NCBI GenBank assembly: GCA_963827235.1 | Contig: CAWHAE010000012.1 | Coordinates: 1,312,001 to 1,376,000 of the forward strand | Direction of reading: 5' to 3' | Source of the DNA: an uncultured bacterium | GTDB taxonomy: Bacteria > Chloroflexota > UBA5177 > JANWHV01 | Length of the DNA: 64,000 bases | Shown here: positions 27,555 through 38,763 of the stretch, in pieces | Position numbering within the stretch: the first letter of the stretch is position 1 | Layout: each line of letters starts with the position of its first letter | Made by a program: the position numbers and the translations under genes | The notes under the pieces: model-generated | Databases searched by the model: none | Seen by the model: only the letters and a program-made list of their open reading frames with translations | What the model was told of the DNA's origin: nothing

Positions 27555-30008
27555 TCACGAGGCGCGACGCACGGCCTTGCGCGGTGGCTTTGGACCTTCC
27601 ACGGCTCGCAACCCGCGGACCGCCTCGCCCCCAGTCTCCGAGGCGTCGCCGGTGAGCTGCAAAGCCGCCGTCAGAGCGCGCGCGGCAGCTTGCAGATCTT
27701 CTGCCGTCGCCACCGCCATGGTCTCCTGCCCGGAGGCCCGCTCTACCTCGAGCGCACGGGCATCTTCGACGGCTGCCGTGGTAGCCTCCCCAGCCGCGGC
27801 CAGATCGCCCATCACGTGGCGCGCCGACTCGATTGCTTTATGTACACTACAGTCCGCCTGCGCGTACAGGGCGGCCGCTTGCGGGGCTCTGCCGAAGCCG
27901 GCGTCCGCGGCCTGCGTGCGATCGATGAGCCGATCCATGGCCCCGCGGGCCACGGCAGCCCTGCCGGTTACCTCCGCCGTTGCCGCCACCACAACGTCCA
28001 CCGTCTCGCGAGCACGAGCGCCGAGCGCGCTGCTCTGAGCTACCGTGGCGCTGCCTGCCTGCATCGCCGCCGCCACATCTGCCGTTCGCTCCTGGATGGC
28101 GCGGACGCGAGAGGCGATCTCGCGCGTCTCTTTTCCCGTACGCGTCGCCAGGCCGCGCACTTCCGTAGCTACGATCGCGAAGCCCTTTCCGCGCTCGCCT
28201 GCGTGTGCCGCCTCGATGGCAGCGTTGAGGGCCAGCAGATTGGTCTGCTCCGCGATCTCGTCGATTGCCTCGACGATGGCGCCGATCTCGCGCGAATGCT
28301 CGCCCAGAGAGGCAACCGCGCCGGCGCCTGCCAGAACTGCCGCGCGCGCTTGCTCGATGCTCTGCGCCGTCTCCGATACGGCGGCGGCACTACCTCTGGC
28401 CACCGCCGCGGCATGGCCGGCGGCATCCGCTACTGCCGAGACATCAATACTTGTCGCAGGCAGCGATCGCCGCAGCTGCGCCTCATCCTCCTCGGCCCGC
28501 GCGAGCATCCTGGCCTGACCGCGCAGGGCTTCCAGCAGCTCGGAGGCTGTCCTGTCCAGAGTCTGAAGGTATCCGGCTGCCAGGCCGGATTGCCGCCGGT
28601 GTTCGCGGCAGGTCTCGGCGGCGTGATCGAGCATCCGGGCAAGTCTGGCTCCCGTGGTCTGCAGCCCGCGCGCCGCGTCCGCGGCGCGGCCGGCGCCCGC
28701 GTCCAGGCGAAGCGCGGTGGCTGCAACCTCCTCGAATCCGGCCTGCCTGCTCTCCCGCAGAGTCCGCAACGCCTGCTCGACCGGGCCTTGGCCGGACTCC
28801 GGCATGCCGGCCGTCCAGTTGCCTTCCGCCATGGCCAGAATGGTGCGGGCAACGTCGCGCTGATAGAGCGCGATGCTCCGCAGCGCGTCGGCCAGGGCAC
28901 CGAGCTCGCCGCTCGAAGGCGTGGGATTAGCCGCTGTCTCGCCGCCCAGGAGCGCGGTGGCGTATGCCGCCAGGCTGCGGAGCGGGCGCACGATGCCGCC
29001 CATGAGCCAGTAGGTCAGGACAATGGTAACCAGGAATGCCGCCAGAGACGCGATCACGGCCTGCGTGCGCAGCCGGTCGAGCGGCGCCTCGATCAGTGCC
29101 CGCGGCACAACGTAGTCCAAGGTCCAGCCTGCCACGGGCACCACCGCCTGAAAAGCCAGGGCCGGCGACCCGTCGGCGCTACGCAGGTCCAGGACCCGGC
29201 CCGCATGGACGCCAGACAATACGGCGAAACGCCCGCCGGCCACGGCGTCCAACGTCGCCGTGCGCGTGCCAGCGCCGGCAAGCTGTCCGGAATCCGTGTA
29301 GCTCACCAGGTTGCCCCGGCCGGTGACCAGGAGTGCAGTGCTCCCGTCACGCGAACCGGCCGTGAAGTGTAGTGCGCTGACGATGCCGGCCATGCCGCTC
29401 ACCGGCGTATCGCTCCCGGCGACCCCGAAGTCGACGTTGCCGGGCCTGATGATCGGTGCCGTCACGCTGACCAGGTACGTGCCGGCAGCTGCGTCGAAGA
29501 ACGGCTCGCCGACATACGCCTTGTGTTCGTGCTCGGAGACCCAGTACCTGAGGTCGTCCGATCCGTGGAACTCGCGTGCCATGTATACGGCGTTTGGCCA
29601 TTGCTTGCGGTCGTACCACACCTGCGAGTGCGTGTCCTGGTAGCGCACGAACTCCAGGAGCGCGTACTCACTGTATGCCTCGTCGGCTGGAGTCGCGTGC
29701 AGCAGATCACGGAAGTAGGCATAGAGCTGGCGCGACGACAGGTTGTCGATCGAGGCGACGAACGAGGCCATCTGGGCCGAGCGCGCCTGCACGCGGCGCA
29801 GAAAGCCGTCGATCTGCAGGGCCGCGGCGTTCGCCTGCGCCTGGGCAGTCTGGCGGGCCTGTGCCCTCACGTCTGCCGCCCTCAGATCGTAGCCGACCCA
29901 GGAGCAGGCGGCCACGATGCAGAGCACGGCCGCGCCGAGGCAGGCCGTCATCTTGATACGCAATCCGCCTCGAACCATCCAGCCCTTCGCCGCCGGGAGC
30001 CATGCCAT
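27555..30008 (-). CDS. Methyl-accepting chemotaxis protein (Cache-like sensor, HAMP, MCP domain)
   Basis: Two TM helices, [66 protein letters not shown]. Confidence 0.92.
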   Translation of the reverse strand: MAWLPAAKGWMVRGGLRIKMTACLGAAVLCIVAACSWVGYDLRAADVRAQARQTAQAQANAAALQIDGFLRRVQARSAQMASFVASIDNLSSRQLYAYFRDLLHATPADEAYSEYALLEFVRYQDTHSQVWYDRKQWPNAVYMAREFHGSDDLRYWVSEHEHKAYVGEPFFDAAAGTYLVSVTAPIIRPGNVDFGVAGSDTPVSGMAGIVSALHFTAGSRDGSTALLVTGRGNLVSYTDSGQLAGAGTRTATLDAVAGGRFAVLSGVHAGRVLDLRSADGSPALAFQAVVPVAGWTLDYVVPRALIEAPLDRLRTQAVIASLAAFLVTIVLTYWLMGGIVRPLRSLAAYATALLGGETAANPTPSSGELGALADALRSIALYQRDVARTILAMAEGNWTAGMPESGQGPVEQALRTLRESRQAGFEEVAATALRLDAGAGRAADAARGLQTTGARLARMLDHAAETCREHRRQSGLAAGYLQTLDRTASELLEALRGQARMLARAEEDEAQLRRSLPATSIDVSAVADAAGHAAAVARGSAAAVSETAQSIEQARAAVLAGAGAVASLGEHSREIGAIVEAIDEIAEQTNLLALNAAIEAAHAGERGKGFAIVATEVRGLATRTGKETREIASRVRAIQERTADVAAAMQAGSATVAQSSALGARARETVDVVVAATAEVTGRAAVARGAMDRLIDRTQAADAGFGRAPQAAALYAQADCSVHKAIESARHVMGDLAAAGEATTAAVEDARALEVERASGQETMAVATAEDLQAAARALTAALQLTGDASETGGEAVRGLRAVEGPKPPRKAVRRAS

Positions 30009-30229
30009 AGTGCCAGTACCCCTTCTAGTAGTGGGATAGCCGCGCAAGGCCGCCGGGACCAAGCGCCGTCCAGCTCAAACAGGGCGGCAGGAAGGATTAT
30101 TGACCGCGGCAGCAGAATGACCCGATCGACGCGCGAAGAGGCCGCGACGGCGGAAGGACCCGCCGGGGCGGTAAGAAAGCAGGAGTGCCCGGGCAGGAGC
30201 GCGGGTGAGGGAGCGGGTAGTGCCGCCGG

Positions 30230-30802
30230 CTACGGCCGGGGTACCCGCAGACCGTCGAGCACTACCGCGAGATAGGGCTGCCAGTCCACGTGAAGCTCCT
30301 GGCTGGCTTTCACGGCCCCGGACAGACTGCGCAGCAACACGGGCATTGTATCGACGGGCACGTCGGGACGGGCGACTCCCGCTTCCTGGGCGCGCCGGAA
30401 AAGCTCGTGCAGTGCCTCGTGGAGGCGTCCCGACAGCGGCGGCTTTGGCCGCTCCGCGGTCGAGGCCATCAGAATATCGCAAGCGGCGCGGTGCTCGTCC
30501 TTGATTGTGAAGATGCCGTGCAGCAACATGGTGAAGCCCCGCCAGGGATCTTCGTCCGCCAGGGCCTGCTCCAGCTGCTCCTCGAGGTGCCGCCAGTAGT
30601 CGTCCAGGAGCGCCTGCACGAGCGCCTCCTTGGTAGGGAAGTGGCGGTACACCGTCCCCTTGCCCACGCCGGCCCGCGCGGCCACGTCGGGAATCAGGGC
30701 ATCGAGGCCGTGCTCGGCGAACTCAATCCGCGCCGCCGCCAGGACGCGCGCGCGGTTCGCCACGGCATCGGAGCGCTCCTTGCGATGGTGATCGCCGCCC
30801 AT
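30230..30802 (-). CDS. TetR-family regulator
   Basis: RSDAVANRARVL, VAARAGVGKGTVYRHFPTKE; divergent from an MFS gene. Confidence 0.9.
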   Translation of the reverse strand: MGGDHHRKERSDAVANRARVLAAARIEFAEHGLDALIPDVAARAGVGKGTVYRHFPTKEALVQALLDDYWRHLEEQLEQALADEDPWRGFTMLLHGIFTIKDEHRAACDILMASTAERPKPPLSGRLHEALHELFRRAQEAGVARPDVPVDTMPVLLRSLSGAVKASQELHVDWQPYLAVVLDGLRVPRP

Positions 30803-30816
30803 CACCAAAAGATCGC

Positions 30817-30892
30817 TTGACAAACGGACCTCCGAGTCCGCATAATAAAAGCGGACTACGAAGTCCGGAAAACTACCGGACTCTCTAGTCCG
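30817..30892 (+). promoter_or_regulatory. MFS promoter with three CGGAC-N6-GTCCG operators
   Basis: TTGACA 30817-30822, CATAAT 30841-30846; palindromes at 30825-30840, 30852-30867 and 30877-30892. Confidence 0.85.
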
Positions 30893-31035
30893 ATTATACG
30901 CCTCTAGCGCCACCGGGACAAGCGCACTCGGCGAGCCTGGCCGTCGGTGGTCGCGGCAAGCTCTCGGCATCCCAAGGGGCGAAGAGCTCACAGCAGACGT
31001 CCAGCTAGGAAGTCACCTCTAGGAAGGCCCACATC

Positions 31036-32547
31036 TTGGTTGCAGAACAACGCCTCCTCCCCGTTGAAGACACGGGTTCTCAGTCTGAGCCGGTGACCCA
31101 CGAGCGAGCACGCTGGATAGCGGTGGTCGTGCTCTGCCTGGGCCAGCTCATGCTCACGCTCGACGCCACCGTGGCAAACGTAGCCCTGCCGGCCATCCAG
31201 CGGGATCTCGCCTTCTCGCAGTCCTCGCTCTCCTGGGTGGTCAACGGCTACCTGATCACCTTCGGCGGTCTCTTGTTGCTGGCCGGCCGGCTGGGCGACC
31301 TGCTGGGCAGGCGCAGAGTCTTTCTCGCCGGGCTGGCTCTCTTCACACTCGCCTCGCTGCTCTGTGGTCTGTCCGCATCGCAGGAGCTACTGGTCGCCGC
31401 TCGGTGCCTGCAGGGCGTCGCCGCCGCCTGCGCCTCCTCCATGGTGCTCGGCATCCTCGTCACCCTGTTCGACGATCCGCAGGACACGGCCAGGGCAGTG
31501 GGCATCTACACGTTCGTCGCAGTCAGCGGCGGCTCCATAGGCCTCCTGGCCGGCGGTGCCTTGACCCAGGCGCTGAGCTGGCACTGGATATTCTTCATCA
31601 ACCTGCCGGTAGGCGTCGTCGCCCTGGTGCTCGGGGCACTGCTCATACCCGACCACGACGGTGCCGGACTTGACGGAGGCGTCGACGTGCTGGGCGCCGT
31701 GCTGGTGACCATCGTGCCCGCGCTCGCCGTCTACACCATCGTCCAGGCCAGCAGCAGCGGCTGGGGCTCCGGCCGGACCATCGCGCTCGCTATCGCCACG
31801 CTCGTGCTGCTCCTCGTCTTCGTGCTCGTCGAGACGCGCGTCGCGCAGCCCCTGGTGCCGCTACGCATCTTCCGGCTGCGGAACGCGGCGGGTGCGAACG
31901 CAATCCGGGCGCTCTTTGCCTGCGGCATGTACGGCACGTTCTTCGTGGGCGCGCTCTACATGCAGCACGTGCTCAACTACGGTGCCTTCGAGACCGGTGC
32001 CGCGTTCCTACCGCAAACGCTGGCAGTGGCAGTGCTTTCACTGTTCGTCACCCGCCGCCTCGTGGCGCGCCTGGGGGCCAAGCCGACCGTGATCCTCGGC
32101 CTGATCCTGGTCGCGGCAGGCAGCCTGCTCTTCTCACGCGCCACGGTAGGCAGCAGCTACGCGGAGGCGGTGCTGCCGGCGGTCCTGCTGGCCGGCAGCG
32201 GTGGCGGCCTGGCCTTCATGCCGACCGTCACGCTGGCGATGTCGGCAGCCGGTCCGGCCGAGGCCGGGCTTGCTTCCGGGCTGGCCAACGTTTCCGTCCA
32301 GATAGGCGGTGCGCTCGGCGTTGCCGTCCTGGCAAGCCTCTCCACCACGCGGACCGGCGATCTGCTCGCCCGGGGCCACGCAGTCAAGGACGCGCTGACG
32401 GGCGGCTACGACCTGGGACTCACGATCGCGGCAGCGGCAGTCTGTGTGGCCATCGTCGTGGCCTCCACCGTGCTCCGCACACTGCCGGCGACGCAGGCAG
32501 CGCCGGCGCGGGCGTCGCGGCTGGTGGTCGAGCGGCAGGAGGCGTAG
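31036..32547 (+). CDS. DHA2 (EmrB/QacA) 14-TM MFS efflux pump
   Basis: LDATVANVALPAIQ, GRLGDLLGRRRVF, WHWIFFINLPVG. Confidence 0.92.
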   Translation: MVAEQRLLPVEDTGSQSEPVTHERARWIAVVVLCLGQLMLTLDATVANVALPAIQRDLAFSQSSLSWVVNGYLITFGGLLLLAGRLGDLLGRRRVFLAGLALFTLASLLCGLSASQELLVAARCLQGVAAACASSMVLGILVTLFDDPQDTARAVGIYTFVAVSGGSIGLLAGGALTQALSWHWIFFINLPVGVVALVLGALLIPDHDGAGLDGGVDVLGAVLVTIVPALAVYTIVQASSSGWGSGRTIALAIATLVLLLVFVLVETRVAQPLVPLRIFRLRNAAGANAIRALFACGMYGTFFVGALYMQHVLNYGAFETGAAFLPQTLAVAVLSLFVTRRLVARLGAKPTVILGLILVAAGSLLFSRATVGSSYAEAVLPAVLLAGSGGGLAFMPTVTLAMSAAGPAEAGLASGLANVSVQIGGALGVAVLASLSTTRTGDLLARGHAVKDALTGGYDLGLTIAAAAVCVAIVVASTVLRTLPATQAAPARASRLVVERQEA

Positions 32548-32552
32548 CTGGA

Positions 32553-32872
32553 TCAGGACACCTGGCCTACCGCCTGCGCCCGGCTCGAGAGCCGGCGAGG
32601 CGCCACCGTGCGCTTGATCTCCTCGCCGGACTGTGGCTCGGCCAACCGCAGCTCGTAGAGCTTCTGCAGGTTCAGCCAGAGCTCGGCAGACGTGCCGAGC
32701 TCTGGCTGAACCGCAAGGCTGTATCGGCCGTCACGGCCCGCTTGCCGCCCAGTATCTGGCATGTGCGATTGGGCGGCACGTGCAGCGTGCGGGCCAGCTC
32801 TGCCGGCGTCATGTCGAGCGCCTCGAGCTCGTCAGAGAGAAACTCGCCGGGGTGGATGGGATCGCGCGGCAT
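32553..32872 (-). pseudogene. higA: HigA-family antitoxin, frameshifted near 32705
   Basis: IHPGEFL...GKRAVTADTALRF in one frame, then GTSAELWLNLQKLYEL in another. Confidence 0.8.
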
Positions 32873-33036
32873 CGCGGTTGTCTCCTTCGGTGGTAGTCCG
32901 CGGCAGGGACAAGCATGGCAAGAGAGACGTGTAACGTCAGGCATATTGGCGCCAGCGCGCTCTCACAGGACAGATCGGCTACGCTAGGCAGCAGGGCCGG
33001 CAGGCTGCATCCCTCGTGACATGAGTTGGGAGACAG

Positions 33037-33813
33037 GTGGCACAACAGTACCCGATCCTCGAGTTTGACCCCTCGCCGGAAGCGCTGATCAACCCCCGGC
33101 CCGGCGCTGCGCACTCCTGGCAGACGCCGTGCGCCGTGTTGTGCTTCTTCCAGGATGTGATCACGCGCCTCTCGCAAGAGCGGCGCGCCGTGGTGGTGAG
33201 GCACCTGCAGAGCGAGATCGGCCATCACCCCGTCTACCTGCTGGCTAAAGAGGATCGGCAACTGCTCGTTCTGCACCCCGGCGTCGGGGCACCCCTGGCC
33301 GCCGGCCTGATGGAGGAGATCATCGCCCTGGGCTGCACGAGCATCGCCGCCTGTGGCGGCGCCGGTACTCTAGACGCCAATCTGGCGGCGGGCCACGTCG
33401 TGGTGCCGATCGCCGCGGTACGCGACGAAGGAACATCGTACCACTACCTGCCGCCCAGCCGCGAAGTCGAGGCCGATCCGGCAGGCCTGGCCGCCGCCCA
33501 GACGGTGCTGAAGCGCCGCGGCGTGAGCTACGTGACCGGCAAGACCTGGACGACCGATGCCTTCTTCCGGGAGACACCGGACAGGATCCGCAGGCGGCGT
33601 GACGAGGGTTGCATCGTGGTGGAGATGGAAGCCGCGGCCTTCTTCGCCGTGGCACGCTTCCGCCGCGCTCGCTTCGCGCAATTGCTCTACGCCGGCGACG
33701 ACGTCAGCGGCAGTGAGTGGAACGCGCGCGACTGGACGACCCATGGCGTACGAGAGACCCTTTTTTGGCTGGCAGTCGAGACCTGCCTCGAGCTGGCAGA
33801 CGCCAATCGCTAG
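33037..33813 (+). CDS. Nucleoside phosphorylase (PNP/UDP family)
   Basis: GVGAPLA, RDEGTSYHY, TWTTDAFFRET, VEMEAAA. Confidence 0.9.
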   Translation: MAQQYPILEFDPSPEALINPRPGAAHSWQTPCAVLCFFQDVITRLSQERRAVVVRHLQSEIGHHPVYLLAKEDRQLLVLHPGVGAPLAAGLMEEIIALGCTSIAACGGAGTLDANLAAGHVVVPIAAVRDEGTSYHYLPPSREVEADPAGLAAAQTVLKRRGVSYVTGKTWTTDAFFRETPDRIRRRRDEGCIVVEMEAAAFFAVARFRRARFAQLLYAGDDVSGSEWNARDWTTHGVRETLFWLAVETCLELADANR

Positions 33814-33898
33814 ATCGCCGGCCACAACGCCTCTGCTCGACGCATGACCACCCAAGTTGGAGGCGGTCCCGAGACCCAGGGCTCTGCCGGCCCCGTCA

Positions 33899-35128
33899 CT
33901 ACCTGGCGCCGCCGGTCGCCGCTGAGACGTGTGGCCCGGCCAGGAAGAATGCTCGCAGCAGGATCACGCCTACCGTCATGGTCGCCGCGCCCATCAGAAA
34001 AGCGGGTGCGAACCCTACACGCTGCTGGACGACGCCGCTCAGCGCCGGGCCGACGCTGAAGCCCACGCTCCAGGTTACGCTGTAGAGACCGCTCGCCGTG
34101 GCGCGCTGCTCGGCCGGAACCTGCGACATGATGAACGCGTTGTAGACCGGATCTCCCATGCTGCGGAAGCCATTGCGAAGCATCTCGCCGGCCATGGCGC
34201 CGATCTGGATCGGGGCAAGAGCGAGCAGCAGTATGGACGGCACGCCGGCGGCCTGCAACAGCACGGCGGCTCGCGTCGTACCCAGGCGGTCCGCGAATCG
34301 CGGTGCAAGGAGCACCAGCGTGCCTGCTACAAGTCCGCTGGCGGTCAGGAAACCGCCGAGCGCGTCCGGGCGCATGCCAAAGCGCAGGGTGAGGTACAGT
34401 CCCACGAAGCCGGCAACGGCACCTCCGCCACAGGTCAGCAGCACGTCCGGTACCAGGAGTCGAGCGTACAGCCTCAAGTCATACGGCACGCGCAGGGAGG
34501 GTGCCACGGCATGCTGTTTGGTCCGCCCAAGCCAGGGAAGAGGCACCGCCCCGGCAAATGCCACCACGACTACCGCGATCATACCCCAGCGCAGAGGCAC
34601 CACCGCGCGCGCAGACTCGTGCAGCACACTCGCCGCGAGCGACACCACCTGGCCGCCGATCAGGTACCCAAGCGATCCCGCGCCCCACAGGAGGAACGAG
34701 TTGACGGAGAACAGCCTGACGCGGTTGTCCTCGGAGGTGCTTCCGGTAAGGAAAGGCACATTACTTACCCAATAGAGCGTGGAAATGGCGCCGTTCGCCA
34801 GCCCGCAAATGATAAGCAAGGTGCCTGACGTTGTGAGAGCCATGCCCAGCATGGTGAGCGGGTTCAGGATACTCGTCAGCAGCAGCATGGTGCGCGCACC
34901 GATCCGGTCCGCCAGGAGCCCCACCGGCACCGCGCAGATCAGGCTGGTGATGGCGGGCATGGCGTTGACGATGCCGATGAACTGCTTGTCGAAGCCAATC
35001 GCGTACAGGTAGAGATTGAAGACGAGGCCAAACATGGCAAGCGTCAGTCCCTTGGTGAGCGTGTACCAGAGGACGATATTGGCATCGCGGGGAAACCGAT
35101 AGGCTGCAGGCAGGCGAAGGCGCACCAT
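33899..35128 (-). CDS. MFS transporter
   Basis: Multiple TM helices, GLLADRIGAR, FADRLG, VPAEQRATASG. Confidence 0.88.
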   Translation of the reverse strand: MVRLRLPAAYRFPRDANIVLWYTLTKGLTLAMFGLVFNLYLYAIGFDKQFIGIVNAMPAITSLICAVPVGLLADRIGARTMLLLTSILNPLTMLGMALTTSGTLLIICGLANGAISTLYWVSNVPFLTGSTSEDNRVRLFSVNSFLLWGAGSLGYLIGGQVVSLAASVLHESARAVVPLRWGMIAVVVVAFAGAVPLPWLGRTKQHAVAPSLRVPYDLRLYARLLVPDVLLTCGGGAVAGFVGLYLTLRFGMRPDALGGFLTASGLVAGTLVLLAPRFADRLGTTRAAVLLQAAGVPSILLLALAPIQIGAMAGEMLRNGFRSMGDPVYNAFIMSQVPAEQRATASGLYSVTWSVGFSVGPALSGVVQQRVGFAPAFLMGAATMTVGVILLRAFFLAGPHVSAATGGAR

Positions 35129-35146
35129 TGCACTCACGTTCCATCC

Positions 35147-36217
35147 TTGCACCTTCTGAACGCGGCGCGGACAAAATGGCGCTCGAAGGCATCCAAGGGG
35201 CCAGAATCCTTCTTGAGCATAGCGCACGAGACCCTCCACGCCAGGGTGCCGGGCGAAATGAGAGTAACGGGCGCGCTCCCGCGCACGATTGACCTTGGCC
35301 CGGGAGACATTCAGGAAGTCAGGCTGGCGAGCCGGCTCGGCAGGCTCTATGTCGACGTGACCGCCGCAGGAACAGCGGGTCCGGGCAGCTTGCGCATCCT
35401 GGACACGCACACGGGTGCGACAGTGCGTGCCTTGCCCTTACAGCAGGGCGACCGCGGGTTCGTCGTCCATCAAGCCGCTTCCACCTGGTCGTGCTCCAGT
35501 CGACAGGATTGGTGCGCCTGTACGATATTCAACTCTGGAAGATGAGAGCCAGCCTGCGTATGGAGACACCGTGGTGGGGCGTGGCGGACGGATGCCGCGG
35601 TCAAGTTGCGATCGTCACACGGAAGCAGCAGACGGTCCTGACCTTCGTGGACCTCGCGGCCGGAGCCGTGATCCGCAACTTGCGCTTCACAGGTGCCTCC
35701 CAGATCGTGAATCTGGTGCTCGACGACCAGACGGACCATCTCTTTGTCATCCGCATTGGCGCTACGCCAAAGCAGAATCGGTGTCGGCGCGCGGCCTGAC
35801 GATCGCCGGCGGTGAGGATGGTGTGGTCGCGACAGTCGACCGTTCCACGGGCACGGTATTGCGCACGCAGCCTGTCGGTCTCGTGGCGCTGCAGGCGAGC
35901 GTCGATCCGGACACGCATCGGCTCCTCGTGTTGAGCTGCGAGCGCATCGGCACACGGACGGGCCGGGCCGGGTGACCATCAGCTCCTCCCGGGTGAGCAT
36001 GCTCGACACGCGGAGTGGGGCCGTGGTCCGTACAACCAGGATCCCGTTCGCGCCGGATCCCGAATTCCACGACCTTATCGTCTATGTGCAGGCCGGTCGC
36101 ACCTACCTCACCTCGTTTCCGCCGGACGGGCAGCAGAGCATAAACACGGGGCTGCTGCTCGACACGCATACCGGCTCAGTAGTGGGGACGGTGAGTCTGC
36201 CGGAGCCGAGCGCTTGA
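35147..36217 (+). pseudogene. YncE-like beta-propeller gene split by three frameshifts
   Basis: Consecutive frames carry ILDTHTGATV, FVDLAAGAVI, VDRSTGTVL, MLDTRSGAVV and LLDTHTGSVV blades; start uncertain. Confidence 0.65.
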
Positions 36218-36266
36218 GCCCTCGACGTGGGGTCGATTCAAGACCGGCGCCGCGCCCAGGGCACGC

Positions 36267-37460
36267 TCACGTGGCCGGTTGCGGCACCGCGACCGCATCA
36301 TGGCGGGCCGCCCAGCGCAGGACGGCTACGAGGAGCAGGCAGCCGAGCATCACGGGCACGGCGCTCAGCCGCAGGGCGCCCGCGATGCCCGCCTGCTGTG
36401 CCGTCGCCCCTACGAGAAGCCCGGCCACCAGTTGCGAAGCTGAGAAGCCTGAGCCATAGAGGCTGGTGGCGAATCCTTCACGGCCGGGCGCCAGGCGTTG
36501 CGCCTGCACGAAGGCAAGGCTTTCGAAGCCGGCCACGGCCGTGGCCTGGATAATCTGCAGTGCCAGCAGCGCCGGAGTGCTGGTGGCCACGCTGACTGCC
36601 AGCAAGTAGGGGACCGGCAGGGCAAAGGTGGCGACCAGCACCGGCCCGAGGCCGATGGCGTCGGCCAGCCAACCTGACAGCGGCATGGACGCCAGCTCGA
36701 GCACTGCCTGTACGCCGAATATGAGCCCAATCGTCGACGGTGGCAGATGCACCTGCTGGGTCAAGCGGAGCGGCAGGAACTGCGATTTGGCCTGATCCGA
36801 AAGCATAACCAGCATGCCCGAGAGGCAGAGCAGCAACAGAGGTGCCATGGATACTAGACTGGCCGGCGTCCGTTCGCGCCGCGCGGCCGGCGCCGAGCTC
36901 GCGGGGACCAGCCACCAGGCAAGGCCGGCCAGGGCCAGCAGCAACAGGCCGGTCACCGTGATCAGATCTACGTAGCCGACCGCTCCCGCCACGACGCCGC
37001 CAAGCGGTGCTCCCGTGGCGAAGCCGAGTGAGAAACCCATGCGCACGAACGACATGGGGCCGCTGCCCGACCGCTTCTGCGTGGTGCCGGTGCCGAGCGT
37101 GGCCAGGTTCACCGCGTCGACGAGCAGCAGCGGCATGGCAATGCCGCCGGCCGAAGCACCCAGCATGCCCACCAGGGCAACGGCCACCGTGCGGCTTCGA
37201 CTCAGCCAGAGCGTGCTGACGCCGCCCACGACCATGCTGCACACGATCGCGCTCTTGCGGCTGCCGGATCGATCGGTGAGCAGACCGACCAGCGGTCCGC
37301 CCACCATGGTGCCGACCGCGCTGCAGGCATACATCACGCCGATGCTCAGCGATGAAGCTCCAAGCTGCTGGGCGGCCCAGGGGCCGAGGTAGGGAGACAT
37401 GGCGCCGATTGCCAGCCCGAGACCAAAAAGTAGTCCCCAGTAAGCGGCAAAGGTCTTCAC
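36267..37460 (-). CDS. MFS transporter (SET sugar-efflux-like)
   Basis: LTDRSGSRK, WLADAIG, PGREGFATSLY. Confidence 0.85.
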   Translation of the reverse strand: MKTFAAYWGLLFGLGLAIGAMSPYLGPWAAQQLGASSLSIGVMYACSAVGTMVGGPLVGLLTDRSGSRKSAIVCSMVVGGVSTLWLSRSRTVAVALVGMLGASAGGIAMPLLLVDAVNLATLGTGTTQKRSGSGPMSFVRMGFSLGFATGAPLGGVVAGAVGYVDLITVTGLLLLALAGLAWWLVPASSAPAARRERTPASLVSMAPLLLLCLSGMLVMLSDQAKSQFLPLRLTQQVHLPPSTIGLIFGVQAVLELASMPLSGWLADAIGLGPVLVATFALPVPYLLAVSVATSTPALLALQIIQATAVAGFESLAFVQAQRLAPGREGFATSLYGSGFSASQLVAGLLVGATAQQAGIAGALRLSAVPVMLGCLLLVAVLRWAARHDAVAVPQPAT

Positions 37461-37621
37461 GGCATGCCAGCCCGGAAATCGCCGGTACGGGCCGGCAACC
37501 CGGTTCTAGAGATCTGCCTGGTGGTCACGCCACGATGGTATCACTCCGTCATGACCGCTCGCGGTCCTCCTACCAAACCGGCCGGCAGGGGAATATTGAC
37601 GGGTATTCCGAGAGTGATAGG

Positions 37622-38692
37622 TTAGCCCCGCTTGGCAGCGGCGCCCTGGTATTCATAGGCTCCCGCGTCGCACGTGGCCATGGCGTTACCCGGGCGGGGC
37701 TTGCCCCGCTGGTCGGCGGTCTGCAGGCAGGTAGCAGAGTGGATGGCGGCGCTTCCGGGCAGCAGGGCGATGGTCTCAGTGGGTCCGCCATTGTCGGCCA
37801 GTATACCCAGGTTGAGCGCGGTTGAAGACACCACGCTGGTCGCGCTGAAGCCGCACGTGGCGTCGTCGGCAAGATTGCCGCCGCCATCGACGAGAGGCTG
37901 CAAGGCAGCGCAGTCGCCGCCGACGGAGTCGGCCACGATGGTGTTGGCCACGACATTCCGCGCCGAGCTGTCATTGGCGATGCCGCCGCCGCGCCCCCCT
38001 CTGCCAGCGCTGTTGCCGCTAAAGGTGCTGCTGGTGATCGTCATGCTGCCGGCGCTGTTCGAGATGCCGCCGCCGTTACCGGCTTTGTACGTCGCGTGTC
38101 CGACGGTGCTGTTGCCGCTGAAGGTGCTGTTCGTAACGGTCAGCGTACCGCCGTTCAGGATGCCGCCGCCGGTTCCGGCCTTGTTGCCGCTAAACGTGCT
38201 GCCGCTGACGGTCAGGCTGCCGTTGTTGTCGATGCCGCCGCCGAAGGCGGCAAAGCTGCCGCTGAACGTGCTGTCGATCACGGCGAGCGTGCCGTAGTTC
38301 AGGACGCCGCCCCCAGCCGCGGTACCGCGCGCGTAGCCGTTGGCGATAGTGATATGGTTCAGCGTGGCGGTTACGCCGGTATTCACCACGAACACGCCCA
38401 CCAGGTGCCCGCCGCTGATCGTCACGGCCTGCCCGCTGCCGTCGATCGTAAGGTCTTTGCTGAGCACAATGGCACCGCCGCGCGTACTGGTCAGCGTGAT
38501 GGTGCCGCTGCAGGCAAAGGTCACCGTGTCATGCGCCGCCGCGCTGCTGATCACGGATCGCAGGTTGGACTCGGACGTACAGTCGGTCACCGTGTCCGTG
38601 GCCGCACGCACCGCCACCGGCCGTGCGGCTGCCAGCCCAGCCAACAGGACCGTCAAGGCCAGCGCCCGCCACCTACACACGGGGCGCCGCAT
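37622..38692 (-). CDS. Secreted beta-helix protein with choice-of-anchor-Q-like C-terminus
   Basis: Signal peptide; GGGI.N.G.LTV..STFSGN repeats; LADNGGPTETIALLPGSAAI...DQRG..R...CDAGAYE. Confidence 0.88.
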   Translation of the reverse strand: MRRPVCRWRALALTVLLAGLAAARPVAVRAATDTVTDCTSESNLRSVISSAAAHDTVTFACSGTITLTSTRGGAIVLSKDLTIDGSGQAVTISGGHLVGVFVVNTGVTATLNHITIANGYARGTAAGGGVLNYGTLAVIDSTFSGSFAAFGGGIDNNGSLTVSGSTFSGNKAGTGGGILNGGTLTVTNSTFSGNSTVGHATYKAGNGGGISNSAGSMTITSSTFSGNSAGRGGRGGGIANDSSARNVVANTIVADSVGGDCAALQPLVDGGGNLADDATCGFSATSVVSSTALNLGILADNGGPTETIALLPGSAAIHSATCLQTADQRGKPRPGNAMATCDAGAYEYQGAAAKRG

Positions 38693-38722
38693 CTCTTCGG
38701 ATGCTCTCATGGACGAGAAACG

Positions 38723-38763
38723 AAAAAAACCGGCACACGACACTCTCCGGTCGTGGCCGGTTT
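38723..38763 (-). terminator. Intrinsic terminator in the 5' leader of the beta-helix gene
   Basis: Minus strand AAACCGGCCACGAC-loop-GTCGTGTGCCGG followed by T7. Confidence 0.75.
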
